Virus record (IMG/VR): IMGVR_UViG_3300049144_000035
Location: 1 to 46,654 of that record
Source: a virus
Taxonomy: Duplodnaviria; Caudoviricetes
DNA: 46,654 nucleotides
Strand: one strand, 5' to 3'
A model generated the notes under the pieces. That model was not told the DNA's origin, made no database searches, and worked only from the letters and a program-made list of their open reading frames with translations. Each line of letters opens with the position of its first letter. Positions within the stretch are counted from its first letter, which is position 1. Below, one piece after another: positions 1 to 7,759 of the stretch. The position numbers and the translations under genes were made by a program.

Positions 1-470
1 CATCGCGATGGTCGCGATGCTGCTGACGCTGTGAATTAGAGGGCGAACTACCTGCACCGCTTGAGTTTCCAGCCTTGTCACTCTTCAGTCGACTTAGCGG
101 TTGCTAGCGGAAGTTGGCGGCAGCCAGCGGAAACTCGCCATGATCGTCTCCCATCTGTCTCCCATTTCCCACCAGGGAATGAACCTGGAGGCCCTCATGG
201 GGCGTAATAGAGAGACCGGAGCCGGAGTCTTCTTGCTCACCTTGGGGGTAGCGATCGACTCCGGCTCCGGCCTCCTGTTCAACGAGTTCCCCACGTCCTG
301 ATGACGGAAAATGGTTCACCCGTTCAGGTGGATGCGCGGCAGGAGTTGCCGGGTATCCGGATGGGTCGGGCACTGGCCGCCTAAGGGGGTACGCGACCAA
401 CACCGACCCTCGGCGCCTCGAGGACCTGAACCTCGCGGCGCCGAATCCATCTCTTCAGCTGACAAAGGCA

Positions 471-501
471 TCAGGTGAGACTGGATATATCCAGCACCTG
501 A
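471..501. promoter_or_regulatory. Palindromic operator upstream of the GntR gene
   Basis: Perfect 14-bp palindrome CTGGATATATCCAG (481-494) flanked by TCAGGTG/CACCTGA arms, about 50 bp before the ATG at 552. Confidence 0.6.
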
Positions 502-551
502 GCCACCTCATAGCGTCTGACTCCACGTCATGATCGTCGGCGGGGGTCTCG

Positions 552-1175
552 ATGCCGGAGCTTGCGCGCCATCGGCGCATCGCTGCCGACATCCGTCGCC
601 GCATCGCCGCCGGGGAATGGCGGCCGGGCGATCCCCTGCCCTCTCGCGCCGAGCTAGCTGCCGAACTCGGCGTTCACCCACAAACGGTTCGTCTCGCTTA
701 CGTTCTGTTGCGCCGTACCGGCGTTCTGGAGGGCGAGGAGCGCAAGGCCGTCTATGTGGCGCATCCTCCTGCTATGCGCACCCTCACGGACGCGGACGCC
801 CCCTGGCCATTCACCAGCGAGACCACCGACACCCGCCCGCGCCCCGCCACGGAAGAGCTTGCAGAACGGCTTGACGTCCCTGTGGGTGCGAGCCTGCGGC
901 ACGAGACGGTTGAGTGCCTGGACCCGGGGGGCCGGTCGGCGATGCTGGTGTCGTCGTGGTGGCGCGGCCAGCGCCGGCCGCACTCGTCGTACACGGCGGA
1001 GCTGGGCTGCGTGGACCTCAACGAAGAGCAGGCACACGCGCTGGGCCTGCTGGTGGATGCCACGGCCTTCCGCGTGGTGCGCACCCGTTTCGACGAACAC
1101 CGCCGCCCCCTGGAGACTGCTGACCTGATTCTGCCGATGGATCGTTGGCTTATTCGGTTGGCGCCCACGCAGTAG
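552..1175 (+). CDS. GntR-family transcriptional regulator (wHTH plus UTRA-like C-terminus)
   Basis: IAADIRRRIAAGEWRPGDPLPSRAELAAELGVHPQTVRLAY is a GntR wHTH; C-terminal FRVVRTRFDEHRRPLE resembles UTRA. Confidence 0.85.
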   Translation: MPELARHRRIAADIRRRIAAGEWRPGDPLPSRAELAAELGVHPQTVRLAYVLLRRTGVLEGEERKAVYVAHPPAMRTLTDADAPWPFTSETTDTRPRPATEELAERLDVPVGASLRHETVECLDPGGRSAMLVSSWWRGQRRPHSSYTAELGCVDLNEEQAHALGLLVDATAFRVVRTRFDEHRRPLETADLILPMDRWLIRLAPTQ

Positions 1176-1421
1176 TGAGCGCTTTCGTCGGGCGTTGGGG
1201 GGCGCCCTGACCTCAGGAGTAAAGCTGAGTTTCGGCCCTGGCGGAAGGTGTCTCATGCATATTCTTCGACTTTCTGTTCGCACCCGGTGCGTTTCTGTAA
1301 CCGCAGGTCAGGCGTTGGCCAAACGTTCCTGCGTTGCTGCAGGTCACCGCCGTCAGGTGAGGCTAAATAGAGTCACCAGGTGGCCGGAACCGTGTGCATC
1401 AGTACCGGCCAGTCGCCCCGC

Positions 1422-1640
1422 TTAGCCACCCATCGCACGGCTCGTGGCGTCGCCGGTCGCCGCATAGTCCCGCCACAGTTCCTCGCCTTCGTCGCAGCGG
1501 CGGTCGAGGTCGCGACAGTCCCAGCATTTGAGGAAATGGGTGGCGTAGCGGCCGTAGGCGCGCTGAATGGGGCTGAGCTCGCCGGCTATGGGCGCCGCCC
1601 TGCTTCCGCCTTGGGGTGCGGGATCTCTACCCTCGTCCAT
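1422..1640 (-). CDS. Small hypothetical protein (HFLKCWDC...C)
   Basis: 72-aa ORF with plausible codon usage, divergent from the GntR gene at 1807. Confidence 0.6.
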   Translation of the reverse strand: MDEGRDPAPQGGSRAAPIAGELSPIQRAYGRYATHFLKCWDCRDLDRRCDEGEELWRDYAATGDATSRAMGG

Positions 1641-1728
1641 GCCTGCGCTCCTGTCAGCGTGGGACGCGCCCCCGGGCCGGTGTGCCGCCGGTCGCGGGGG
1701 TCCTGCAATTTCACGGTACCGCTACCTA

Positions 1729-1754
1729 CTGCTCTATACCGCTATATGGAGCAG
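1729..1754. promoter_or_regulatory. Imperfect palindrome between divergent genes, candidate GntR operator
   Basis: CTGCTCTATA-ccgcta-TATGGAGCAG (one mismatch). Confidence 0.4.
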
Positions 1755-1806
1755 CATGCCGCTAGCTGGGGACGCGTGCTGCGGCATGGCTCCCTACGTT
1801 CCACCT

Positions 1807-2067
1807 ATGGGTGATGATCAGCGTCCGGTCGACCCGTCCCGGCCGGTGTACGTGTGGAAGCAGGCCGCCGACTGGATCGCGGCCCGGATCGAGTCGGGTG
1901 AGCTGGCCCCGGGTGCACGGCTGGAGGGTGAGCGGGAGCTCGCGGAGCAGCTGGGTGTGGCCGTCGGCACGGTGCGGCGCGCAGTGGAGGATCTCCGGGA
2001 CCGGGGCCTGGTGGTGACTCTGCCGGCGAAGGGTACGTACATCGCGGAGCGGTCGGCGGATTCGTAG
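1807..2067 (+). CDS. Short GntR-family wHTH-only regulator
   Basis: PVYVWKQAADWIAARIESGELAPGARLEGERELAEQLGVAVGTVRRAVEDLRDRGLVVTLPAKGTYI; alternative start at 1786. Confidence 0.88.
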   Translation: MGDDQRPVDPSRPVYVWKQAADWIAARIESGELAPGARLEGERELAEQLGVAVGTVRRAVEDLRDRGLVVTLPAKGTYIAERSADS

Positions 2068-2101
2068 CCCGCTGACAGTGGCGGCTCCTACACTGATCGC
2101 C

Positions 2102-2272
2102 ATGCCCACCTCTCCCCCGCCGTCGCGGTCTGCGGCCGAGCTGAACGCGGCTATCCGCGCGCTGTGGTCGCATCCTGCGGTGCCGTTGACGGCGGAGCAG
2201 CGGGAGGAGTACGGGCGGCTGTGTGCGGAGCTGCGGCGCGTGGAGCGCGGGGACGTCGTCGAGGCCGCGTGA
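2102..2272 (+). CDS. Small hypothetical protein
   Basis: RSAAELNAAIRALW...EYGRLCAEL; GC3-rich codon usage. Confidence 0.6.
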   Translation: MPTSPPPSRSAAELNAAIRALWSHPAVPLTAEQREEYGRLCAELRRVERGDVVEAA

Positions 2273-2388
2273 ACTACTACTGCTACTAGCGGCCTACCAG
2301 TAGCTCCCAAATTAGTAGATCGTTTTCCGGCACCTCCTAACCACCTCCCAATCGAGGAGGCGCCGTGACGGCCCCGTAAGATCCCGCC

Positions 2389-2592
2389 GTGAGCGACATA
2401 GAGTTCCCCGACGACCTGATAGCCCTGGAGCGTGCCGCCTGGGAGGAGCATCAGGCCGGGCGGCTCACCGTCGCCACCGCCAACGCCGTACAGGACGCCA
2501 TCACCGCGCACGCCGAGGCCGTCGGGATGCCGCGGGTCGACGTGGAGATGGCGCTCAAGAAGGCTGTGCGGCACGCGTCGGCCGAGGGCTGA
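2389..2592 (+). CDS. Small hypothetical protein
   Basis: 67-aa ORF (IEFPDDLIALERAAWEE) followed by a hairpin. Confidence 0.65.
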   Translation: MSDIEFPDDLIALERAAWEEHQAGRLTVATANAVQDAITAHAEAVGMPRVDVEMALKKAVRHASAEG

Positions 2593-2601
2593 CAGCAGCA
2601 A

Positions 2602-2634
2602 GCCCCGCCGCGGTGCATCACGCCGCGGCGGGGC
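2602..2634. terminator. GC-rich hairpin, likely intrinsic terminator
   Basis: GCCCCGCCGCGG / CCGCGGCGGGGC 12-bp inverted repeat 10 bp after the stop codon. Confidence 0.65.
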
Positions 2635-2866
2635 CAGAGCAAACCCGACTTGCTCGTCGGGATGATGAGCTCAGGCTACGCGCCGCCACTGACAACGCCG
2701 GTGCGTCGAGTCGACAGCACGTACACGCCGGCCGGGCCCTCCGGTGTGCGGGCGGCCGGGAGTAGGGCGGGCGGGATCTCATTGCCGTGTCGGCGCAGGA
2801 TCTGCCGTAGCGCACGGTCGCGGGAGGGGAACGGGCGGACGTTCATGCTCGCAGCATGGCAGACGA

Positions 2867-3061
2867 TCAGTCGCTCTCCGGCCACTCCGTCAACACTGCG
2901 CCAGCCTCCTCGTCGACGAGGGTGATGCGCGCCCCGGGCCGTCCCCAGTGCCCGATCCAGGCGGTCGCCTTCCCGCGGGCCACGGTCTCGCTGCCCCACC
3001 AGCCGTGCATGGCCGGGCGGCCGTCGGAGGTGAGGGTGAGGTGGTAACGGTCGGGGTTCAC
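2867..3061 (-). CDS. Small hypothetical protein
   Basis: VNPDRYHLTLTSDGRPAMHGWWGSE...WP; GTGA overlap with the stop of the LexA-like gene. Confidence 0.7.
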   Translation of the reverse strand: MNPDRYHLTLTSDGRPAMHGWWGSETVARGKATAWIGHWGRPGARITLVDEEAGAVLTEWPESD

Positions 3062-3279
3062 GCGAGTCGGATCCCTCTGTGCCGGTGTGGTTCGCGGACG
3101 ATCGCGCCCTTCGTTTCCAGCTCGACCAGCTGGTAGTGCACTGACGACGGTTGCATGCCCATGGCGGCGGCGAGCTCGGCGACGGTGGGCGCGTCGCCCT
3201 GGTCGGTGATGGCCGTGCGGATGTGGCGGAGGATCTGCTCCTGCCTGTCGGTGAGGTACTCGACGCGGTATCTGCCCAT
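3058..3279 (-). CDS. LexA-like N-terminal DNA-binding domain protein without a peptidase domain
   Basis: LTDRQEQILRHIRTAITDQGDAPTVAELAAAMGMQPSSVHYQLVELETKGAIVREPHRHRGIRL matches the LexA wHTH; the protein ends at 73 aa. Confidence 0.85.
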   Translation of the reverse strand: MGRYRVEYLTDRQEQILRHIRTAITDQGDAPTVAELAAAMGMQPSSVHYQLVELETKGAIVREPHRHRGIRLA

Positions 3280-3287
3280 GACCACAG

Positions 3288-3303
3288 TAGAAACCTTGTT
3301 CGA
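3288..3303. promoter_or_regulatory. SOS-box-like site
   Basis: TAGAAA-CCTT-GTTCGA versus the actinobacterial consensus TCGAAC-N4-GTTCGA (2 mismatches), in a 46-bp divergent gap. Confidence 0.55.
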
Positions 3304-3325
3304 TTTTTGGGGCAAGCTGGGAGAC

Positions 3326-3661
3326 GTGACCGACCTGCCGCCTGACCTGCCCCGTCTCCGCACTCTGGAGACGTGGCTCCAGCTCGCCCTCGACGAGGTG
3401 CGGCGGGCCATCGCGGCGGCCGAACGGCGGGAGACGGAACGGCAGCGGGGCATCGAGGCCCGGCCGCCGGCCCCGGACTGGCTGATCGAGCTCGGACTCA
3501 ACCGGGACAGCCCACCCGTGCAGGTACACGTCGGCGACTGCTGGAACGCGGGTAAGCGGCACAAGGGCATCCGGCGGGACGAGGCGCTGCGGGCACTCAC
3601 CGACGGGGTCAAGGCATGCGGGGCGTGCCGGCCGGACAGCGAGCTCGGCTTCCTCGACTAA
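3326..3661 (+). CDS. DUF6233-like protein (coiled coil plus C-terminal H/C zinc motif)
   Basis: VHVGDCW...ACGACRPDSELG motif. Confidence 0.75.
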   Translation: MTDLPPDLPRLRTLETWLQLALDEVRRAIAAAERRETERQRGIEARPPAPDWLIELGLNRDSPPVQVHVGDCWNAGKRHKGIRRDEALRALTDGVKACGACRPDSELGFLD

Positions 3662-3673
3662 GTGCTGTGCGGA

Positions 3674-4249
3674 TCAGGTCACAGTCCACTGGCCGATGCT
3701 GCTAGCGAAGCCGCTAGCCAGCGCGAACTGGATCCTGGCGATCTTCGAACCGGTCGGGACCTCGAAGGTGACGAACCCCAGTCCTGTATCGCCAGGGGTA
3801 AGCGTCAGGCTTCCCCCAAAACCCGGACCAGCTGCCGTGTCGTCGACCGTGGAATTGAACTGCTGACCCTGACTGTCCCGGAGCTTCGCGCCATTGTCGG
3901 GCGCTTCGTCAAGCACCTGGGTGCCGATGTTCTTCAGTCGGAACTGGACGGCCACGAACCGCATCCCCGAGTCGGGACTGGAGTATTCGTTCTCGGGCTG
4001 TGCTGAATCGACCACCTTGACGACGGTGACGGCGACTCTCTCGCCTTGCTCCGTTCCGGTCAGGTTGATGGTGTCGCCCACCGAAGCGACCGATGGCGTA
4101 TCGCTCGGCGCCGGGCTCGGTTGCTGAGGCACTGTCGTCGTCTGCACGGGCGTATTGGTCTCCGGTGTGGTGGCGACCTCTTTTTCACTGCAGGCCGCCA
4201 CCGTGATGGCGAGCAGCATCGCCACCACGAGGTACAGCAGGCGATACAT
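3674..4249 (-). CDS. DUF4352-like lipoprotein
   Basis: Signal peptide with lipobox VAAC, T/P-rich linker, beta-rich domain (FVAVQFRLKNIG...LTPGDTGLGFVTFEVP). Confidence 0.8.
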   Translation of the reverse strand: MYRLLYLVVAMLLAITVAACSEKEVATTPETNTPVQTTTVPQQPSPAPSDTPSVASVGDTINLTGTEQGERVAVTVVKVVDSAQPENEYSSPDSGMRFVAVQFRLKNIGTQVLDEAPDNGAKLRDSQGQQFNSTVDDTAAGPGFGGSLTLTPGDTGLGFVTFEVPTGSKIARIQFALASGFASSIGQWTVT

Positions 4250-4263
4250 CTCTACTCCTCGGC

Positions 4264-5157
4264 TCAGGCGCTCCGCGGCCGGCGCCCGGATTCCTTCTTC
4301 GCCGGCTGCTTCTTCGCCGTCTTCTTGGCCGCGGCCTTCTTCTTGGGCATCCCCTGCACATCGGCGTCCTCGCCGCGCGAGACCCGGGCCTTCTGCACGG
4401 ACTCCTGGAGGGCGGCCATGAGGTCGACGATCTGGCCCGTCTCCCGCTCCGGTTCCGGTGCGGCGGGCGGCTCGCGGTGCTCGCGTTTTGCCTCGATGAT
4501 CTGCTCGATGGCTTCGGTGTAGGTGTCGCGGAACTCGGAGTCGTCGAGGTCCTCGCGGGTCATGGAGTCCATGAGGGCGAGCGCGCCGTCGATCTCGTCG
4601 TCGGACAGCTCGACCGGTGGGGGGAGGAGCTCGGCGGGGTCGCGGATCTCGTCGGGCCAGCGCATGGCGTGCAGGACGATCACGTCGTCGCGGACCCGGA
4701 GCAGGCCCAGCCTTTCCCTGCCGCTCCAGGCGTATTTGGCGACGGCGACCTTGGAGGAGCGGGCGAGGGCCATGGCGAGGAGCTTGTACGGCTTGGCGGC
4801 GACCTGGCCGGACGGCTGCAGGTAGTAGCCCTCGCCGATCCGGATCGGGTCGACCGAGTCCAACGGGACGAACGCCGCGATCTCGATGGCCTTCGCGGTC
4901 GGGAGGGGCAGGTCCTGAAGTTCCTCGTCGGTGATGGGGATGACCTGCTCCTTGGTGAGCTGATACCCCTTGCCGATCTCGCTGCTGGTGACCTCGCGGT
5001 CCTCAACCTCGCAATACTTGCGCACCCGCACCCGGCCCATGTCCTCCAGGTGGTACTGGTGGAAGCGCACGGAGTGGTCCTCGGTCGCGGACTGCACGTT
5101 GATCGGCACGGTGACGAGGCCGAAGCTGATGGCGCCTGACCACACGGTTCGGGGCAT
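4264..5157 (-). CDS. ku: Ku protein (NHEJ end-binding)
   Basis: MPRTVWSGAISFGLVTVPI N-terminus, IGKGY, VDLMAALQESV, Lys-rich tail. Confidence 0.96.
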   Translation of the reverse strand: MPRTVWSGAISFGLVTVPINVQSATEDHSVRFHQYHLEDMGRVRVRKYCEVEDREVTSSEIGKGYQLTKEQVIPITDEELQDLPLPTAKAIEIAAFVPLDSVDPIRIGEGYYLQPSGQVAAKPYKLLAMALARSSKVAVAKYAWSGRERLGLLRVRDDVIVLHAMRWPDEIRDPAELLPPPVELSDDEIDGALALMDSMTREDLDDSEFRDTYTEAIEQIIEAKREHREPPAAPEPERETGQIVDLMAALQESVQKARVSRGEDADVQGMPKKKAAAKKTAKKQPAKKESGRRPRSA

Positions 5158-5220
5158 GGGGTACCTCCGCAGTAGCCCCGAGCAGGACCAGCCTACGAGC
5201 GACCCTGCCGTCACGCACGA

Positions 5221-5258
5221 CAGCGCCCGCCGAGACGGGGGATGCTCGGCGAGCGCTG
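5221..5258. terminator. Hairpin upstream of ku
   Basis: CAGCGCCCGCCGAG / CTCGGCGAGCGCTG 14-bp stem with one mismatch. Confidence 0.45.
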
Positions 5259-5286
5259 CGGCCAGTCTGGCAGGGGACGGGCTGAG

Positions 5287-5463
5287 CTACGGGCGGAACG
5301 CTTCGGCGATGACAGCGAATTTCGCCGCACGCTCCAGTGCCTCCTCCGAGTGTCGTCCGCCGATATTCGTGGTGAGCTGCCCTCTGATCTGCTCCAGGCA
5401 ATAGGCGCGGATCTCCTCGTCGGTCTTCCCGGTCGCATGGAATGGCTCGTTGATCCACTTCAC
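5287..5463 (-). CDS. Small hypothetical protein
   Basis: 58-aa ORF from GTG with a purine-rich RBS, just downstream of the recombinase. Confidence 0.55.
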   Translation of the reverse strand: MKWINEPFHATGKTDEEIRAYCLEQIRGQLTTNIGGRHSEEALERAAKFAVIAEAFRP

Positions 5464-5486
5464 TGTTGGGGCCCCTCTCTGGATCT

Positions 5487-6506
5487 TCACAGGCCGATGT
5501 CTTCGCTGGCGGCGTCGGTCCATTTGTCGGCTTCGCGAATGTAGCCCCAGAAGGCGGGGCTGTTCTCGGCGTGGCCGCTCTGTTCGCGGATCTTCTCCTC
5601 TCGCTTCCCTGCGCGTCGAGAGGTGGTGATGAACCCGGCCCGCATCGAGTGGCCGGTGAGGCGGACGGACAGCCCGGCGCGTTCGGCGTTGCGGGCGATG
5701 ATCTCGCGGACGGCTTCCGGGGAGAGGGCTCGGTTGCCGAGGCGGCCGTGGACGGTGATAGGCAGGAAGGCGGGCCCGCTGGCGATGCCTGCGGCGGCGC
5801 GCCAGGTGAGCCAGGCGCGGACGGGGCAGGTGTCGGGGTTCTTGCCGTAGTGGACGACGACGTCCCGGGGCGGGCGGCCCTTCACTGCGGGGACGTGGAC
5901 CTCCAGGCCCTGGCTAACGTGGACGATCGTCTCGGCGCGGAGGGCGGCGACTTCGGCGGAGCGTCCAGCGATAGAGAAGGCCATGAGCCAGAGCGCGCGG
6001 TCGCGGAGGCCGGTGAGCCCGTCGGCGACGGCAGCGTTCATCTGCCGGAGTTGTTCGGGGGTGACGGCGGCGGCCTTGCCCCTGCCGCGTGCTTGCCGTT
6101 CGGGGTCGTTCTTCAGCGGCTTGAGGGCATGTCGGGCGGCGACGGTGGCAGCCTTGGGGACTTCGATGCCGTGCTCGTTCCGCGCGGTGACGGTGACGCC
6201 GGTGATGCGGCGGTCGATCGAGTTGGGTGCGGCGAGCTTGATGGTGTCGAGCCAGACGACGAACCCGACGAGCGTGCCCCGGGTAACGGCGGTCAACGGC
6301 AGCGGCTGACCGGTGCGTTCGGCGAGCCAGCCGTGGAACTCTTCCCAGAGTGCCCAGTCGTTGGCGTAGCCGCGCTTCGTGTTGTGGGGGCGGATGGCGT
6401 CGAGGTGCTTCTCGGCTGCCTCTTCCATGGCGGCGAGGACGGCGAGCGTCGCAGCGTCATAAACGGCCGGGGTGGCGTCCGGCTGGCGCGGGATGAGGTC
6501 GGTCAT
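5487..6506 (-). CDS. Cre-like tyrosine site-specific recombinase
   Basis: RDRALWL...GRSAEV (Arg), VKG (Lys), HSMRAGF (HxxR), QSGH, FWGY (Tyr); no N-terminal arm-binding domain apparent. Confidence 0.92.
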   Translation of the reverse strand: MTDLIPRQPDATPAVYDAATLAVLAAMEEAAEKHLDAIRPHNTKRGYANDWALWEEFHGWLAERTGQPLPLTAVTRGTLVGFVVWLDTIKLAAPNSIDRRITGVTVTARNEHGIEVPKAATVAARHALKPLKNDPERQARGRGKAAAVTPEQLRQMNAAVADGLTGLRDRALWLMAFSIAGRSAEVAALRAETIVHVSQGLEVHVPAVKGRPPRDVVVHYGKNPDTCPVRAWLTWRAAAGIASGPAFLPITVHGRLGNRALSPEAVREIIARNAERAGLSVRLTGHSMRAGFITTSRRAGKREEKIREQSGHAENSPAFWGYIREADKWTDAASEDIGL

Positions 6507-6580
6507 GGTCTCTCCGATCGAGTACGGTACGGGCGATGCCCCGGCTGCTTTCCTCAGCCGGGGCATCGCTGCGAGTTCGT

Positions 6581-7225
6581 TCAGGGCGTTGCCGCCGAAC
6601 GGATCGCGGCGACGCGAGCCTGACGACTGGTCCTTCGGGGGCGGTCCAGCGGCAGCACGGTGATCTCGTCTGCCTTGCGCAGCCCCCAGAGCTGGGCGCT
6701 GGGAGAGAAGACGAGGTCGATGGCCGACGGACGGTATCCGACACAGTCGCAGTCCTCGACGGTGCAGTGGTCGACGCCCTCGTGACCGTGGCCGCACGGG
6801 CACACGTTGGCGATGGTGGTGTTCCAGTCAGCCTTCGGCTCGACCTCTTCCGCCTGCTCGGCAGAGTCGGCGAGGTAGGGCTTCATACAGTGGTCGCAGA
6901 CGCAGACGCCGCCAGCGGTGATGTTCTGGCAGGAGTTCCAGGGCTCGGTCTTGCAGAGGTCGCACGAGCAGACGCCGCCCGGGGCCGCGACGTGCCCGAT
7001 CTCGTTGAGCTCGTAGGTGCCGGGCGCGTACCAGCACTCGGCCCAGCGGCCCTCGAAGGGGCGGGAGTCGACGTCGTCGATGGTGCGCTTGGCCCACTCG
7101 ATGACGTCGGCCTGGGTGCCGAGCCACTCGCCGCACTCGGTGCCGTTCACGACGATCCGCGACTTGCCGTAGGACTTGCCCTTGGTGACCTTGAGCTGAC
7201 GGCCCTTGTAGGTCTCGCGGATCAT
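6581..7225 (-). CDS. Cys-rich hypothetical protein (probable zinc binding)
   Basis: CSCDLC, CVCDHC, CPCGH...C..EDCDC; RBS GGGGAG; canonical promoter upstream. Confidence 0.7.
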   Translation of the reverse strand: MIRETYKGRQLKVTKGKSYGKSRIVVNGTECGEWLGTQADVIEWAKRTIDDVDSRPFEGRWAECWYAPGTYELNEIGHVAAPGGVCSCDLCKTEPWNSCQNITAGGVCVCDHCMKPYLADSAEQAEEVEPKADWNTTIANVCPCGHGHEGVDHCTVEDCDCVGYRPSAIDLVFSPSAQLWGLRKADEITVLPLDRPRRTSRQARVAAIRSAATP

Positions 7226-7261
7226 CTTCGTCTCCCCTGCTCGCCGTTCTCTGACTCTCTA

Positions 7262-7305
7262 AATGTAAGGGCACCCCTTACAAATGTCAACCCACCCCTT
7301 ACACT
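7262..7305. promoter_or_regulatory. Divergent promoters with tandem 19-bp operators
   Basis: TGTAAGGG-CAC-CCCTTACA (7264-7282) and TGTCAACC-CAC-CCCTTACA (7285-7303); minus strand TTGACA-17bp-TACATT; plus strand TACACT 6 bp before ATG 7312. Confidence 0.75.
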
Positions 7306-7311
7306 GATTGC

Positions 7312-7599
7312 ATGACGAACCCGCCGAGCCCCTTCGAGAACCTCAAGCACCTCGCCGAGCAGGGCGACGCCATCCAGCGCGCCAAGGATGTAGGCGCAGC
7401 ACTGCAAGCCATCCCCGACTTGCAGAAGTGGCTGCGCGAGATCCGACACGAAGCCGTGCGGGAGATGCGCGATGACGGACTGAGCCATGCGCAGGTTGCC
7501 GCCGAACTCGGCATCAGCAGGGCGCGCGCTCAGCAGATCGCCGAGGGGCGGACTACCGGAAAGCGGGCCGACGGAGAGTCGGACAATCACCCCAAATAG
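7312..7599 (+). CDS. HTH DNA-binding protein (probably leaderless)
   Basis: GLSHAQVAAELGISRARAQQIAEG helix-turn-helix. Confidence 0.85.
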   Translation: MTNPPSPFENLKHLAEQGDAIQRAKDVGAALQAIPDLQKWLREIRHEAVREMRDDGLSHAQVAAELGISRARAQQIAEGRTTGKRADGESDNHPK

Positions 7600-7631
7600 C
7601 GCCCGCGATATGGCATGTTATCGAGAGGTCG
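7598..7631. other. Candidate lox/res-type recombination site
   Basis: cccgCGATA-TGGCATGT-TATCGagag: inverted arms around an 8-bp asymmetric spacer, about 1.1 kb upstream of the Cre-like recombinase. Confidence 0.45.
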
Positions 7632-7672
7632 ACCGCCCAACTTGAGGGCGGCACCCTGACCTTCGGGCCACA

Positions 7673-7732
7673 TGTGTAGCGCGCTTGACATCCAACCTGC
7701 GGAGGAGGAGTCTATGTGTAGCGCGCTACACA
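7673..7732 (+). promoter_or_regulatory. Two operators overlapping a TTGACA -35 element
   Basis: Perfect 18-bp palindrome TGTGTAGCGCGCTACACA (7715-7732) and degenerate copy TGTGTAGCGCGCTTGACA (7673-7690). Confidence 0.7.
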
Positions 7733-7759
7733 GGGTGGCGCGGAGGGAGGGCAACCACC

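Noticed and set aside
1-403. Possible CDS tail at 2-34 and short overlapping ORFs at 94-403
   Set aside because: No recognisable motif or clear RBS, and the frames conflict; cannot be supported from this window
1195-1400. CCTGACCT / AGGTCAGG inverted repeat and lower-GC stretch as an att site or ncRNA
   Set aside because: Short motif common in actinobacterial mobile DNA; no tRNA fragment or partner repeat seen in the window
2272-2320. CTACTA-rich low-complexity stretch
   Set aside because: Irregular and short, with no second occurrence to support a function
2676-2846. Possible 56-aa minus-strand ORF
   Set aside because: No clear RBS and weak codon bias
5487-6506. Recombinase as the prophage integrase marking the element end
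   Set aside because: Cre-like size without an arm-binding domain, no adjacent att or tRNA, and mobile-type genes continue on both sides
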